64,000 nt of DNA, taken from a bacterium. Its GTDB lineage: Bacteria; Patescibacteriota; Dojkabacteria; SC72. The stretch covers positions 169,281 to 233,280 of the forward strand of contig JALHDC010000001.1 of assembly GCA_022840695.1 (NCBI GenBank). The letters run 5' to 3'. The translations under genes and the position numbers were made by a program. Below are positions 35,296 to 45,426 of this stretch, piece after piece; position 1 is the first letter of the stretch; each line of letters begins with the position of its first letter. Below the pieces are notes generated by a model. The model searched no databases. It was not told the DNA's origin and saw only the letters and a list, made by a program, of their open reading frames with translations.

Positions 35296-35865
35296 ATGAG
35301 TTTCTTCTTAGGGTTTTCATTAAATAATGACTCTATTGACTCTGTTGAAAAAATTAGGGAGGAAGTAGGCAAAGTATTTGATGGATTCGAAATTCCTGTA
35401 AGATGGTCTAAAAAAGAAAACTATCACATGACCTTACTTTACTTAGGAAATACATTTCCCTTTTACAAAAAATTTCTACTACAGTACAGACTAAAGAGCT
35501 TAAAATTTAAAAGATTTAAAGTTAAGTTTAATACCGTTAAACTAGGTATATCAAGAAAGTACAAGGAATTAATATATCTTGATCTTTCTCAAGGTGGAGA
35601 GGAAATGAGGAATCTTCTATTGCAAGTAATGGATCTTTTAAAAGTGAAAGATAGTGATAACTTCATCCCCCATCTAACATTGGGTAGAGTTAGCAAAGAA
35701 TTAACTGATCAGGAATATTCAAATATTTGTAGAGATTTGGCTGTAGTTACGAAGAAGTTAGATATTAAATCTGTGGAATTTTATATTGATGATGTGAAAT
35801 TAATGAGGAGTGAGGATGGACAAAATTATGTGTTAATGAATTTCAAAGATTGTTCTAGTATGTAA
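35296..35865 (+). CDS. 2H phosphoesterase superfamily protein (LigT/ThpR-like RNA 2',3'-cyclic phosphodiesterase)
   Basis: Two H-x-T-x motifs (NYHMTLLYLG and IPHLTLGRV), spaced as in LigT. Confidence 0.6.
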   Translation: MSFFLGFSLNNDSIDSVEKIREEVGKVFDGFEIPVRWSKKENYHMTLLYLGNTFPFYKKFLLQYRLKSLKFKRFKVKFNTVKLGISRKYKELIYLDLSQGGEEMRNLLLQVMDLLKVKDSDNFIPHLTLGRVSKELTDQEYSNICRDLAVVTKKLDIKSVEFYIDDVKLMRSEDGQNYVLMNFKDCSSM

Positions 35866-36704
35866 TTATAATCGTTACTCCATTTCGCATGTTTATGCTT
35901 TCTAAACCAAGTCCTTTGCCTCTTTGCATACTGCTTTGTATGATTGATAATTTCTTCTTTTACTTCTTCTATACTTTTTTCTCCTTCAAAGTATCCATCA
36001 AATTCCTGATACCCAATCGTTTTTACAGAAATATATTTATCTAGACCCAATCCCCTAATCCTTTTATTCTCTTCCTCCAAGCCATTCTGAATCATCTTTT
36101 TTACTCTCTGCTCTATATTTTTATTTAATATTTCTTTTGGTTGATCAATGACGAAATAGATATGGTTAAGGGGTCTGTCCCGCTTCTTATCCGGCTTCCT
36201 ATCTAGGTTTTCTATGGCTCGGATTAATCTAACAGGATTCTTAGAGTCGCTCTCATTTAGAGAATTTAATACCGCTGTCGGTATCAGGTGTTGCAATTCA
36301 GTTGTTCCCATCTTGCTAAGCTTTTCCCTTTTTACCTGGTCTATCTCGTTATCAACTAAGTTATATTTGAAAAGGACTGAGTCAATGTACAGGCCTGACC
36401 CGCCTACTAATATCGGTATCTCATTATTTTTAAGATTTTTAAAAACATCCTCTACATCCTTTTGATATTGAAATATACTGTATCCATCTTTTAGTGATAT
36501 ATGACCAAATAGATAGTGAGGGATATTTCCCATCTCGGTTTTTGTAGGTCTTGCAGTTCCTATTGAAATCTCTTTATAGACCTGTTTGGAGTCTGCATTG
36601 ATAATAACTCCATTTATCTCTTTTGCTAATTTCATAGCGATGGAAGATTTCCCAGAGGCAGTTGGGCCAGCTATTACAATTATCGATCCGGAATATTCAA
36701 GCAT
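35826..36704 (-). CDS. miaA: tRNA dimethylallyltransferase
   Basis: P-loop IIVIAGPTASGKSSIA, then NADSKQVYKEISIGTARPT. Confidence 0.9.
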   Translation of the reverse strand: MLEYSGSIIVIAGPTASGKSSIAMKLAKEINGVIINADSKQVYKEISIGTARPTKTEMGNIPHYLFGHISLKDGYSIFQYQKDVEDVFKNLKNNEIPILVGGSGLYIDSVLFKYNLVDNEIDQVKREKLSKMGTTELQHLIPTAVLNSLNESDSKNPVRLIRAIENLDRKPDKKRDRPLNHIYFVIDQPKEILNKNIEQRVKKMIQNGLEEENKRIRGLGLDKYISVKTIGYQEFDGYFEGEKSIEEVKEEIINHTKQYAKRQRTWFRKHKHAKWSNDYNYILEQSLKFINT

Positions 36705-36705
36705 A

Positions 36706-37218
36706 CTACTTAATTAACTTGTGAAGAATAATGTAGTTTATCCAAATTACTGCTAAAGAAAGGACAGCTGTAATGAGAATGAATATGAAAAATGTTGATG
36801 AAAGAAAAACAGAAAATGCAGAGAAGAGGAGGAGAATAAAGATAGAAAGTTGTATAGAATCTTTTACATATTCTTTCTTCAAATCGCCCATACTAAAGTT
36901 TTTACTTTTGTTATGTAAGGTGTAATATCCTACAGATGTTCCAATACTTAGTGTGTTTATAAATAGAAGTATTATTGGGATTAGGAGAAATATATAGGTA
37001 ATTGTTATTGAAAAAATAATATTTAGAAACCAAATAAATATTATGGTTAGTATGGCACTTGAGATTAATGAAATTGTTGAGAAGAATATTAACTGTCTAC
37101 TATTTGTTATTAATTTGATTAATACAGGAAGAAGAATAAGAAGTAACGAGAAAATTATCAAAGTAGATACTTTTTCATAATTACTCCAGTTTTGCCACAA
37201 ATTTAAAAATATCTCCAT
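36706..37218 (-). CDS. Membrane protein, hypothetical (4-5 TM)
   Basis: Hydrophobic ORF translationally coupled to the upstream gene. Confidence 0.3.
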   Translation of the reverse strand: MEIFLNLWQNWSNYEKVSTLIIFSLLLILLPVLIKLITNSRQLIFFSTISLISSAILTIIFIWFLNIIFSITITYIFLLIPIILLFINTLSIGTSVGYYTLHNKSKNFSMGDLKKEYVKDSIQLSIFILLLFSAFSVFLSSTFFIFILITAVLSLAVIWINYIILHKLIK

Positions 37219-37220
37219 AA

Positions 37221-38441
37221 TTATATTTTTCTAACTTTATCTATATACCAGCCTGAGATAATTACACATAATTTGGAAAGGAGTATTAGTATTATCAGGT
37301 TGGTAGCAAGTGTCGAAATATATCCAATTCCTAATATTTTTATAATCAAAAGAGATAATATCAATCCAGATTCAATATATATAACGGAATCATCATTTTC
37401 GGAAAGAACCTTTATTAATATAAATGTTAATATCGCTTGTATGGGAAGAAGGAATGTATCTATGGGAATTTGAAGAATCTTTAGAACAGTTAAATATATA
37501 CTAATGGTAAGTACTGTTGCTAAGAAAGATTTTCTCAATACTTCAAAATCATTCTGTTTAATGAAAGCAAGATATATATATGCAAGAACTAAGGAAATAG
37601 CTAATCCTATACTTACCTTTACATGATCAATTTTGATAATCTCTGGATCTAGTTCATTTTCTGATTCTAATGTGTAATTAACAGGGATCACGCCGCTGTT
37701 ATAAAGGATATCGATTGCCTTAATTTGAATAGGATCTTCTGTAGACACTGGTATTGCAAATATACTTGTATCATCAAAAGGAACAAGGTATGGAGTTACA
37801 AAGCCATCTATACTAACTCCAAGATACTCTCCCTTGTGTTGTCCTATAAATGTATTAAATTCAGATTGTCTGTTTGGCCATAGCTTAAATATTGCAAAAT
37901 TGGCATATTCATTATTTGATGTTTTCAATTCTGTGATATATACATTTCTAAAATCACTCCTATCCCAATCTGTAGGATTGTAATTATCTGCAAATAGATA
38001 TGCATACGGATCCTCTTCACTCAAAAAATCAACATCTTCTTTCCTCGTCATTATTAACACATCAAACCTGTTATTTATTAATTCTTTAACTAAATCTCTA
38101 TCCTTAGATGTAGTTACAACTACTTTCAAAAATGTATTTCCTTCTTCATCTTTTCCTTCGTTATATATCTTTGCTCTTTCAACTCCAAATTTTCTTAACC
38201 TTGTTGAAAGTATATTTCTAGCTTCTTCTAATTTTTTTGAATCAGTATTAACAAGCTTTAAGTTGTATTCTGCCGACCAGTAGTATGGATCTTTTGTAAT
38301 TAGGTTGAAGGATGTTTTCTCTGATATTTTTTCCGTAAGAGGTAGAGCTACTAACATTGTAGCAATTCCAAATGCAGTGAAGAGTATAACTATTAGGTAA
38401 TTTAGAAACGGTTTTACATTAAATTTGAACTTTATTTTCAT
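37221..38441 (-). CDS. Membrane protein, hypothetical (N-terminal TM, extracytoplasmic domain, C-terminal multi-TM)
   Basis: 406 aa ORF only. Confidence 0.3.
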   Translation of the reverse strand: MKIKFKFNVKPFLNYLIVILFTAFGIATMLVALPLTEKISEKTSFNLITKDPYYWSAEYNLKLVNTDSKKLEEARNILSTRLRKFGVERAKIYNEGKDEEGNTFLKVVVTTSKDRDLVKELINNRFDVLIMTRKEDVDFLSEEDPYAYLFADNYNPTDWDRSDFRNVYITELKTSNNEYANFAIFKLWPNRQSEFNTFIGQHKGEYLGVSIDGFVTPYLVPFDDTSIFAIPVSTEDPIQIKAIDILYNSGVIPVNYTLESENELDPEIIKIDHVKVSIGLAISLVLAYIYLAFIKQNDFEVLRKSFLATVLTISIYLTVLKILQIPIDTFLLPIQAILTFILIKVLSENDDSVIYIESGLILSLLIIKILGIGYISTLATNLIILILLSKLCVIISGWYIDKVRKI

Positions 38442-38442
38442 T

Positions 38443-39015
38443 CTAGAGTAGATCAGATAATTGACCGAACATAATTATCTTATCCTTTTCTAAAATATTC
38501 ATCAAGAATGGCTCCTTTTTCTTTCTAGCAAAATCAAAATCTTCCTTTCTAATCGCACTAAATCTAATCTGTCTCTCTAATTCTTTCTCTACTTGTGAGA
38601 TCGCTGTTGAGAGATCTTTTATTTTCATATTTCCGATGAAAAGGAAATCTACATCTGTATCATGCTCATACTTTCCGGTAATGAAGCTCTCAGTTAAGAC
38701 AACAAGCTGTATGCCTTCAACATCCCTTACAACATCTGATATCTTTTGACCAATAGGGGACTCCTTGAAAAAGAGAGATCTTAATTCCCATAATATGGGG
38801 CAATCCTTGTTAACTCTATATACTATCTTGTTTCCATCTTTTTTTGATTTAAGAATACCTGCTGATTCTAGATTAAGGAGTTCTCTTCTTACAGCATTTA
38901 TCTCTTCATCGACCTTTCTAACCAATCCTCTAACATGGAAAGAAGCATTCAAATCAGACATAAACTCGTTAAGAACACAAATTCTAACTTTTGATATAAA
39001 TAGTTTCTTCAGCAT
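38443..39015 (-). CDS. Putative winged-helix transcriptional regulator
   Basis: The N-terminal segment FHVRGLVRKVDEEINAVRRELLNLESAGILKSKKDGNKIVYRVN looks like an ArsR/MarR-type wHTH. The C-terminal domain is unassigned. Confidence 0.3.
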   Translation of the reverse strand: MLKKLFISKVRICVLNEFMSDLNASFHVRGLVRKVDEEINAVRRELLNLESAGILKSKKDGNKIVYRVNKDCPILWELRSLFFKESPIGQKISDVVRDVEGIQLVVLTESFITGKYEHDTDVDFLFIGNMKIKDLSTAISQVEKELERQIRFSAIRKEDFDFARKKKEPFLMNILEKDKIIMFGQLSDLL

Positions 39016-39036
39016 AGTTCCCCAACCTGCTTAATA

Positions 39037-40374
39037 TTATTGCTCAATTATATCAAATTTCCCGAAAGATTGTGGAATCATCGATATCCATAGCCTTCCT
39101 CTGTTAAATTTGATGGGGTTTCCTGAACTATCATAATATTTTGTTCTATCGGTTCTAGATATCTTCTTCCATGATCCTTCCACTATTTTCCCATCTTGAA
39201 GTATTACTGCATCTCCCTCTCCAATTGTTGTAGTTATTAATCTTCCTGCACTATCTCCTGATTGTACTGACTTAACTTGTTGTATCACAACGACCTTTGC
39301 AGATATTTGTGTATTAGTTTCCGCATCCATATCTGCCTGTCCACCGATTTTTCTAAAATAGCTGTTTGTTGAACTATCGTATGTCCATATTGCATCATAA
39401 TGACCGCTATTTACCAATGCGGTATGAAATATTGTCTTAACGATTGTCTTGCTTCCTCGATCCTTTACATCAGCATCTCTCTTAAATTCATAACTCTGTA
39501 TACTAGTTGGGAAAGAATTCCATTCCATCTTTACTCCATACTCCCAAGCATTATTCACCGAACTATACTCATTATGTGGAGCAACTCTCCCTCCCTCATT
39601 TGATCTCCAAGCTCCCAATGTTGCTATATCCTTAATTCCATAGCTATATGTATTCCCACAAGCATTTGTTCGAGGATCATCTGTTTGTGCACATCCATCA
39701 TGTATCAATATCGGATCAAACTCACTTAACCATTCCAGATAGTACTGTCTTAAACTTCTAATAGGGCCAACCTTTGTAGGAGCCTTGCTCCAAAAGATTC
39801 CCAAATGCCTCGTTATTCCACTCTCCGCATTTGCCTCTATTACAATATCAGCACTATTCAAACCAGAAAGAGGTCTTGCTTCCACATGATTATTAATCAT
39901 CACCGCAACAGGCCTCCTCTTTTTCATAATATCCATTTCACTCTTAGAAAAAAGCAAACCATTAAGAGGACTCTCTTCTGTTCTTGGCTCTTCAGGCTTA
40001 GAAAGTAAAGGAAGATTATTCAGAAATGATTTCTCACTAGGATACGAAGAAACAAACATCTCATCAAAAGTTAAAACCTCATAAAGTGGAGTTGGTTTTA
40101 ATTTATATATCCCAAAATAATAGAACAAACCAATTCCAACCAATGTTAATAACGCCACAGTTGGGAAAAGGAAATTTTTCCAAGAAATATTTTTAAGAAA
40201 ACCTTTCTTCTCTTCCGTTGATTTTGGAAGATCCTCTGTTTGTTCAATCTCTTTCTCGACAGGAACTTCCTTAATTTGTTCTGAATCAGGAACAATCTCT
40301 TTTTCCTCTATAACAGCATCCTTTTTCTCTTCTACATCTCCCTTGCTGTCACTGATCTTGAATGTCTTTGCCAT
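39037..40374 (-). CDS. DUF3048 (YerB-like) domain protein, membrane-anchored
   Basis: RPVAVMINNHVEARPLSGLNSADIVIEANAESGITRHLGIF matches the DUF3048 N-terminal consensus. One TM helix near the N-terminus. Confidence 0.6.
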   Translation of the reverse strand: MAKTFKISDSKGDVEEKKDAVIEEKEIVPDSEQIKEVPVEKEIEQTEDLPKSTEEKKGFLKNISWKNFLFPTVALLTLVGIGLFYYFGIYKLKPTPLYEVLTFDEMFVSSYPSEKSFLNNLPLLSKPEEPRTEESPLNGLLFSKSEMDIMKKRRPVAVMINNHVEARPLSGLNSADIVIEANAESGITRHLGIFWSKAPTKVGPIRSLRQYYLEWLSEFDPILIHDGCAQTDDPRTNACGNTYSYGIKDIATLGAWRSNEGGRVAPHNEYSSVNNAWEYGVKMEWNSFPTSIQSYEFKRDADVKDRGSKTIVKTIFHTALVNSGHYDAIWTYDSSTNSYFRKIGGQADMDAETNTQISAKVVVIQQVKSVQSGDSAGRLITTTIGEGDAVILQDGKIVEGSWKKISRTDRTKYYDSSGNPIKFNRGRLWISMIPQSFGKFDIIEQ

Positions 40375-40459
40375 GCATCCATAGTATCACAACTCTTTCC
40401 TCTTTTAAACAATATTTAAAAAGTGTTAATATGTATTAATAATATTTAATGATATTAAA

Positions 40460-41449
40460 ATGAATAAAAAATTCGTATGGACTCTCCTGCTCCTAATTGT
40501 AATTGGAGTTGGAATATTTTTTCTAACTAAAAAACCAAAAGAAGAGGTTATAGAGGAAAATGAAGATGAAATAGTTGAGGAAACAGATGAAGAAGAGGAA
40601 GTAGAAGAAGAACCAGAATATACAGGAGATACAGATTTCACTTCATTCTCTACGGATACACAAACATTAGGAGAACAATCAGAAGCTACATTCAGCATAG
40701 AAAGCTTGGAACATTCATCCAAAGATGGATATCATGAATTTCTTTTCACTTTAAATACTGAGTACGAAGAAGAGCCATATGTCATAGCTTCATACCTTTC
40801 AAATATGTCAGTCATTAGGTTAGATTTTCAAGGAATATCAAAAGATAGTACAGGCATAGGGTATCAACAGGAACAGGCAATAAATAAGGAAGGCATAACA
40901 AAAATATATCACAACATTTCTGCCCAATCAGATCAAGAACTTTACGATATCGGTGTAAGTAAAAGTACAATATTTCATCTCTCTGCAGAAGAAATATCTG
41001 AGGGAGAGTGGAGTGTAATTTTGAAAATAAAATATCCTGGAGAAATAACAAAAGATATTGACTTAGGAAATGAAGAATTCTCAACAGAAGATCAGGAAAT
41101 AGAGGGAATTGGAGCAACCAAAAATGCATCAATAACCTCATACACATACGGGACAACGGGAGGTATTCTTAAATTAGTATGGAGTGTCTCAGGAGATGGA
41201 GATAACCCAATTCCTTCTGTGACTGCTAGTTACAATGATGAAGACGAACTTATTGTCACTTTCCCAAGTCTCTCTATTGATAGAGTTTCGAATATCTCCA
41301 CAGGAATGACTTTACCATTGGGAATAACCGCAACTCCTGAAAGATCTGGCGAGCAAAGCATATATACATTTACAGGGATGGAGGGTAAGGCAGAATATAG
41401 GATTAGTGCATCCTTAAGTCCTAATCAAGTAATACTAGAAATTAAATAG
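40460..41449 (+). CDS. Secreted/membrane-anchored acidic protein, hypothetical
   Basis: N-terminal TM/signal, an acidic low-complexity linker, then a globular domain. No motif. Confidence 0.3.
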   Translation: MNKKFVWTLLLLIVIGVGIFFLTKKPKEEVIEENEDEIVEETDEEEEVEEEPEYTGDTDFTSFSTDTQTLGEQSEATFSIESLEHSSKDGYHEFLFTLNTEYEEEPYVIASYLSNMSVIRLDFQGISKDSTGIGYQQEQAINKEGITKIYHNISAQSDQELYDIGVSKSTIFHLSAEEISEGEWSVILKIKYPGEITKDIDLGNEEFSTEDQEIEGIGATKNASITSYTYGTTGGILKLVWSVSGDGDNPIPSVTASYNDEDELIVTFPSLSIDRVSNISTGMTLPLGITATPERSGEQSIYTFTGMEGKAEYRISASLSPNQVILEIK

Positions 41450-41536
41450 ATTACGTTTTACCTTTAAGTTAGTCAAAAATACTTACTCTTAAGCAAACTA
41501 TATAGGTATTATTAAAGAAATTTAATATACTATGAG

Positions 41537-41971
41537 ATGATTAAAGCCATAGTTTTTGATTTTTACAATGTAATATATAAGCCTGGATTAAAAGAAATAG
41601 ATTCAAAAATTCTCTCGATCTTTAAATTTCTTTCTAAAAAGAAGATCCCCATTTACCTTTTCACTAATACTAATAAATCACATGTCGAGAGCTTTGATAA
41701 GAGAAAAAAGTTTCTTAATCTTTTCAGTGGACAAATATACAATGAAGAATATCCAAAACCACAACCAGAAGCATTTGAAAAATTAATAACAACTCTCGGC
41801 ATAAATCCCAATCAAATTATTCTAATAGATGATGACCTAAACAACATTAAAGTTGCACAGCAGTTTGGTATAATTGCTTTGCAATACATTAACCAGTCGG
41901 ATCTAAAAAATAACTTAAATAATTACATAAACAATGATAACTCGAGAAAAAGCCCAACAGCTCTTAGATAA
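41537..41971 (+). CDS. HAD-superfamily hydrolase (small)
   Basis: Motif I-like AIVFDFYNV and motif IV-like ILIDDDLNNIKVAQQFGI. Confidence 0.45.
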   Translation: MIKAIVFDFYNVIYKPGLKEIDSKILSIFKFLSKKKIPIYLFTNTNKSHVESFDKRKKFLNLFSGQIYNEEYPKPQPEAFEKLITTLGINPNQIILIDDDLNNIKVAQQFGIIALQYINQSDLKNNLNNYINNDNSRKSPTALR

Positions 41972-42515
41972 ATACATTTCAACAGAATGGCTTAAACTAC
42001 ACATGAGAGAAACAGAAGTTATTATGAAAGCCTTAGCAAAACACTTTGGAGAAGATGAAGAATTATGGGGAACATCAGGACTACTTCATGACCTAGACTA
42101 TGACTATGTAGAAAAAGATCCTCAAAGACATGTTGTTGAATTTGACAAAATATTGGAAATGGAAAATTTGAAAATAGGGGAAGATATCCCAGAAGATATG
42201 TATCATGCAATTAAGGCCCATTACGAAGAACATCCTCAAATATCACAAAAGAGAGAATCAAAACTAGACTATTCTCTAAGTGCTGCAGAGAATATTTCTG
42301 GATTTTTAGTAGCATGTGCATTAGTACAACCAGATAAAAAGATATCTAGTGTTGGAGTAGAGAGTGTAATGAAAAAATTCAAGAAAAAAGATTTTGCAAA
42401 AGCAGTAAACAGAAGTTTAATTTATGATATAGAAAAAACAGGTCTTTCCTTGGAAGATTTTATTAAAATATCCTTAGATTCTGTTAATGAAATTAGTAAT
42501 GAAATTGGGTTATAA
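41934..42515 (+). CDS. HD-domain phosphohydrolase
   Basis: H...HD pattern (LHMRETEVIM...SGLLHDLDY...D). Confidence 0.45.
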   Translation: MITREKAQQLLDKYISTEWLKLHMRETEVIMKALAKHFGEDEELWGTSGLLHDLDYDYVEKDPQRHVVEFDKILEMENLKIGEDIPEDMYHAIKAHYEEHPQISQKRESKLDYSLSAAENISGFLVACALVQPDKKISSVGVESVMKKFKKKDFAKAVNRSLIYDIEKTGLSLEDFIKISLDSVNEISNEIGL

Positions 42516-42524
42516 TATCAACCA

Positions 42525-42598
42525 CGGGGTGTAGTTCAGATGGCTAGAACGCTTGCATGGGGTGCAAGAGGTCGCTCGTTCAAGTCGAGTCACCCCGA
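42525..42598 (+). tRNA. tRNA-Pro (anticodon GGG), CCA not encoded
   Basis: Cloverleaf read by hand: acceptor cggggtg/caccccg, D arm gttcagatggctagaac, anticodon stem cttgc/gcaag with loop atGGGgt, T arm gctcgttcaagtcgagt. Preceded by tataatatcaa. Confidence 0.8.
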
Positions 42599-42620
42599 CT
42601 CCTAATGAATATCTCAATAA

Positions 42621-42629
42621 TGGTATAAT
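42621..42629 (+). promoter_or_regulatory. Extended -10 promoter (tggtataat) for the thioredoxin module
   Basis: TGnTATAAT lies 33 nt upstream of the GTG start of the thioredoxin gene. Confidence 0.4.
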
Positions 42630-42662
42630 AGAAGATATACTTAATTTCTCTTAATCTCATCA

Positions 42663-42929
42663 GTGAAAGTTCTTAAATTCGGTGCAATATGGTGTTCTGG
42701 ATGTTTAGTAATGAAACCAATATGGAAAGAAATTGAGGAAGAACTCTCTTGGCTTCAGACAGAATATTACGATGTAGATGAACAGAAAGATGTTTCAAAA
42801 AAATATGATATAGTTGATTTGCCCACTTTCATATTTCTAGATCAAGATGGAAATGAAATACATAGGGAAATAGGAGAGATAGGGAAAGAGACAATGATAG
42901 AAATAATTAACATGTACAAGAATAGATAG
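42663..42929 (+). CDS. Thioredoxin (GTG start)
   Basis: 88 aa. WCSGC active site in a thioredoxin-fold context (KVLKFGAIWCSGCLVMKPIW...DLPTFIF). Confidence 0.75.
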   Translation: MKVLKFGAIWCSGCLVMKPIWKEIEEELSWLQTEYYDVDEQKDVSKKYDIVDLPTFIFLDQDGNEIHREIGEIGKETMIEIINMYKNR

Positions 42930-42933
42930 AATC

Positions 42934-44175
42934 ATGAAGAAAGTAATAACAAAGATTTTGATAACCCTTTTTCTCTTCTTAACAGTATTTCTCTTCTTTT
43001 CTTCAAACAAATTAAATGCTCAAGAAGAGACAGAGAATTTGGAAACAGCAAAAGTTCTAAACCTACACTTTTTCCAAGGTATTGGTTGTCCTCATTGTGC
43101 TAAAGAAAAGGAATTTTTAAAAGGAGTGAAGGAGCAGTATGAAGAGAGAATAAAGATAAATGATTATGAAATATATTACAATCAGAAAAATCAGAAATTC
43201 TTTAACAAAGTAATAGAGGAATTAGAAATAGCTAGAGCGGGGGTTCCTCTTTTAGTAATAGGTGAGGAATATATAATTGGGTATTCTGATGATGAAACTA
43301 CAGGGGTGCAGATAATAGCTGCTATTGAAAGAAATCTTAATTCTGAATCAAAGGATATCGTTTCCGAGCTACTCGCTCAGGATCAAAATCCCCAAGAGCA
43401 AGAAGAGGAACTCCCAGAAGATACCTCTCCAATATATTTAAATATACCAATATTTGGAAAGATCAATCTTAAAAGTGTATCACTTCCTTTAGGAACTATG
43501 ATAATTGCTCTCTTAGATGGCTTTAATCCTTGTGCTATGTGGATATTAATATTCCTAATAACCATGTTAATTAACATGAAGGATAGGAAGAAGCTGTATA
43601 TACTTGGATCAGTATTTATAATTACATCTGGACTTGTATATTTTGTATTCTTAGCAGCTTGGTTAAATTTCTTTAAATATGTAGGGTTTGTATATTGGAT
43701 AAGGAGTGTCATAGGAGTAGTTGCAGTTGTAAGTGGAATATTACATCTCAAGGATGCTTTCAGTAATAAGGGGGAGTGTCGTGCTACAGATGAGAAAAAG
43801 AGAGAAACCGTGATGGAGAAAATAAAGAAAGTTCTTTCTGAGAAAAGCTTCATATTGGCAATTATAGGTATAGTAACATTAGCAATATCAGTAAATTTGA
43901 TAGAAGTTGTTTGCTCTGCAGGACTACCAGCAGTATATACCAGCTTGCTCTCTTCAGTACCTTTAAGTAACACTGAATACTATCTCTACCTTATACTCTA
44001 CATAATAATCTTTATGTTAGATGACCTAATAGTCTTTTTCATAGCAGTAAGGACATTTGAAGTAACAGGTATTGCTAAGAAATATACCAAATGGTCTAGT
44101 ATCATCGGAGGCATAATAATATTAGCTTTAGGAATAATATTAATAGTAAAACCTGAGCTATTAATGTTTGGATAA
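42934..44175 (+). CDS. Membrane thiol-disulfide oxidoreductase: an extracytoplasmic thioredoxin-like domain (CPHC) fused to a CcdA/DsbD-type six-TM electron-transfer domain
   Basis: N-terminal signal. FFQGIGCPHCAKEKEFL in a thioredoxin-like region. Six TM helices with single Cys in TM1 (GFNPCAMW) and TM4 (VVCSAGLP), as in CcdA/DsbD. Confidence 0.5.
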   Translation: MKKVITKILITLFLFLTVFLFFSSNKLNAQEETENLETAKVLNLHFFQGIGCPHCAKEKEFLKGVKEQYEERIKINDYEIYYNQKNQKFFNKVIEELEIARAGVPLLVIGEEYIIGYSDDETTGVQIIAAIERNLNSESKDIVSELLAQDQNPQEQEEELPEDTSPIYLNIPIFGKINLKSVSLPLGTMIIALLDGFNPCAMWILIFLITMLINMKDRKKLYILGSVFIITSGLVYFVFLAAWLNFFKYVGFVYWIRSVIGVVAVVSGILHLKDAFSNKGECRATDEKKRETVMEKIKKVLSEKSFILAIIGIVTLAISVNLIEVVCSAGLPAVYTSLLSSVPLSNTEYYLYLILYIIIFMLDDLIVFFIAVRTFEVTGIAKKYTKWSSIIGGIIILALGIILIVKPELLMFG

Positions 44176-44184
44176 TCTCATATC

Positions 44185-44841
44185 ATGTCTAGAAAAAAGA
44201 AAAAGAAATTTGAGGAAATGAAATCATTTCCTAATGTATTGCAATGGGATGATGAAGATGTGAAGGGGAAAGTAAAGAAAATAATTAATCAGTATGAAAA
44301 AGTAATATTAGAATTAGCATGTGGAAAGGGAGAATACTCTCTACATTTAGGAAATAAATACAGAGATACATTAATCATAGGTATAGATATTCAAGGAGAG
44401 AGGATATGGAAAGGAGCTAAGGATGCTTTAGAGAAGAATTTAAATAATGTATATTTTCTTAGAATTCAAATACAAAATATAGAAGAATATATTTCAGAAA
44501 ATAGTATTGATGAAATATGGATTACATTTCCAGATCCTTTTTTAAGAGAAAGAGATATTAAAAGAAGATTAACATCTCCTAACTTCTTACATATTTATAA
44601 AAAGATTTTAAAAAAGAATGGAATTATACATTTAAAAACAGATTCTGATGAATTGTATGAATATACATTAGAAACTATTAATTCTATGAAATTGAATATA
44701 TTAAAAAATATATCTGATATATATTCATTTGGGGATATAGAAAATGTTACAAATGTACAGACTACATTTGAAAAGAAACATTTAGAAAATGGAAAGAAGA
44801 TTAAGTATCTAGAATTTAATTTTTACATAATCTTTTCTTAA
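44185..44841 (+). CDS. trmB: tRNA (guanine46-N7)-methyltransferase
   Basis: LELACGKGEYSLHL, IGIDIQGERI, WITFPDPF match TrmB. Confidence 0.85.
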   Translation: MSRKKKKKFEEMKSFPNVLQWDDEDVKGKVKKIINQYEKVILELACGKGEYSLHLGNKYRDTLIIGIDIQGERIWKGAKDALEKNLNNVYFLRIQIQNIEEYISENSIDEIWITFPDPFLRERDIKRRLTSPNFLHIYKKILKKNGIIHLKTDSDELYEYTLETINSMKLNILKNISDIYSFGDIENVTNVQTTFEKKHLENGKKIKYLEFNFYIIFS

Positions 44842-45426
44842 AAAAGGATGCCTGTCTACATCTCTCTGTAAAAATGCTCCTCCAAAGAAATCATTAGTTC
44901 TACCACAGACTAGATTATAGAATTTATCCAAATCTTCCTCTTCTGTACTGTAATCTCTCAATACAAACTGAATTATTTGTTGCAAAGAAGTCTCGTCTGT
45001 AGTTGGTGATATATTATCATCAGTTATAATGTCTAGGAAAAAAGCATGAGCTATATTTTCAATGTCCTGCCTTATACACTCCGAATTAAAATCAACTCTC
45101 TCTGCTAATGGTACATCTTCCTCTATGAATTCACCTTCCTCATCTTCATCATCATCTTCATTCCCAAAATGTTCTGCATCAAGTATCTCAAGCTCTGTTG
45201 CCATGATATGTGTTTTCTCTTTGAGGTATCTTAGAGTTATCCTTGTATCCATATATTCACCTAATTCATACAGAAGTATCTGCTCTAGTGATGTTAGACC
45301 GTTTCTTCGTGAAGGATTGTCATCTGTAATTTCATTTAGGAGTAATGCATCTGCAATTTCTTCCAATCTCTCCTCTATGATATCCATTTTGCTAAGAGGA
45401 TCCTGTTCTAGTTCGAAATCTTCCAT
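44809..45426 (-). CDS. Acidic protein with an internal duplication, hypothetical
   Basis: Two ~35-aa repeats (IADALLLNEITDDNPSRRNGLTSLEQILLYELGEY and IAHAFFLDIITDDNISPTTDETSLQQIIQFVLRDY). Very acidic. Confidence 0.3.
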   Translation of the reverse strand: MEDFELEQDPLSKMDIIEERLEEIADALLLNEITDDNPSRRNGLTSLEQILLYELGEYMDTRITLRYLKEKTHIMATELEILDAEHFGNEDDDEDEEGEFIEEDVPLAERVDFNSECIRQDIENIAHAFFLDIITDDNISPTTDETSLQQIIQFVLRDYSTEEEDLDKFYNLVCGRTNDFFGGAFLQRDVDRHPFLRKDYVKIKF

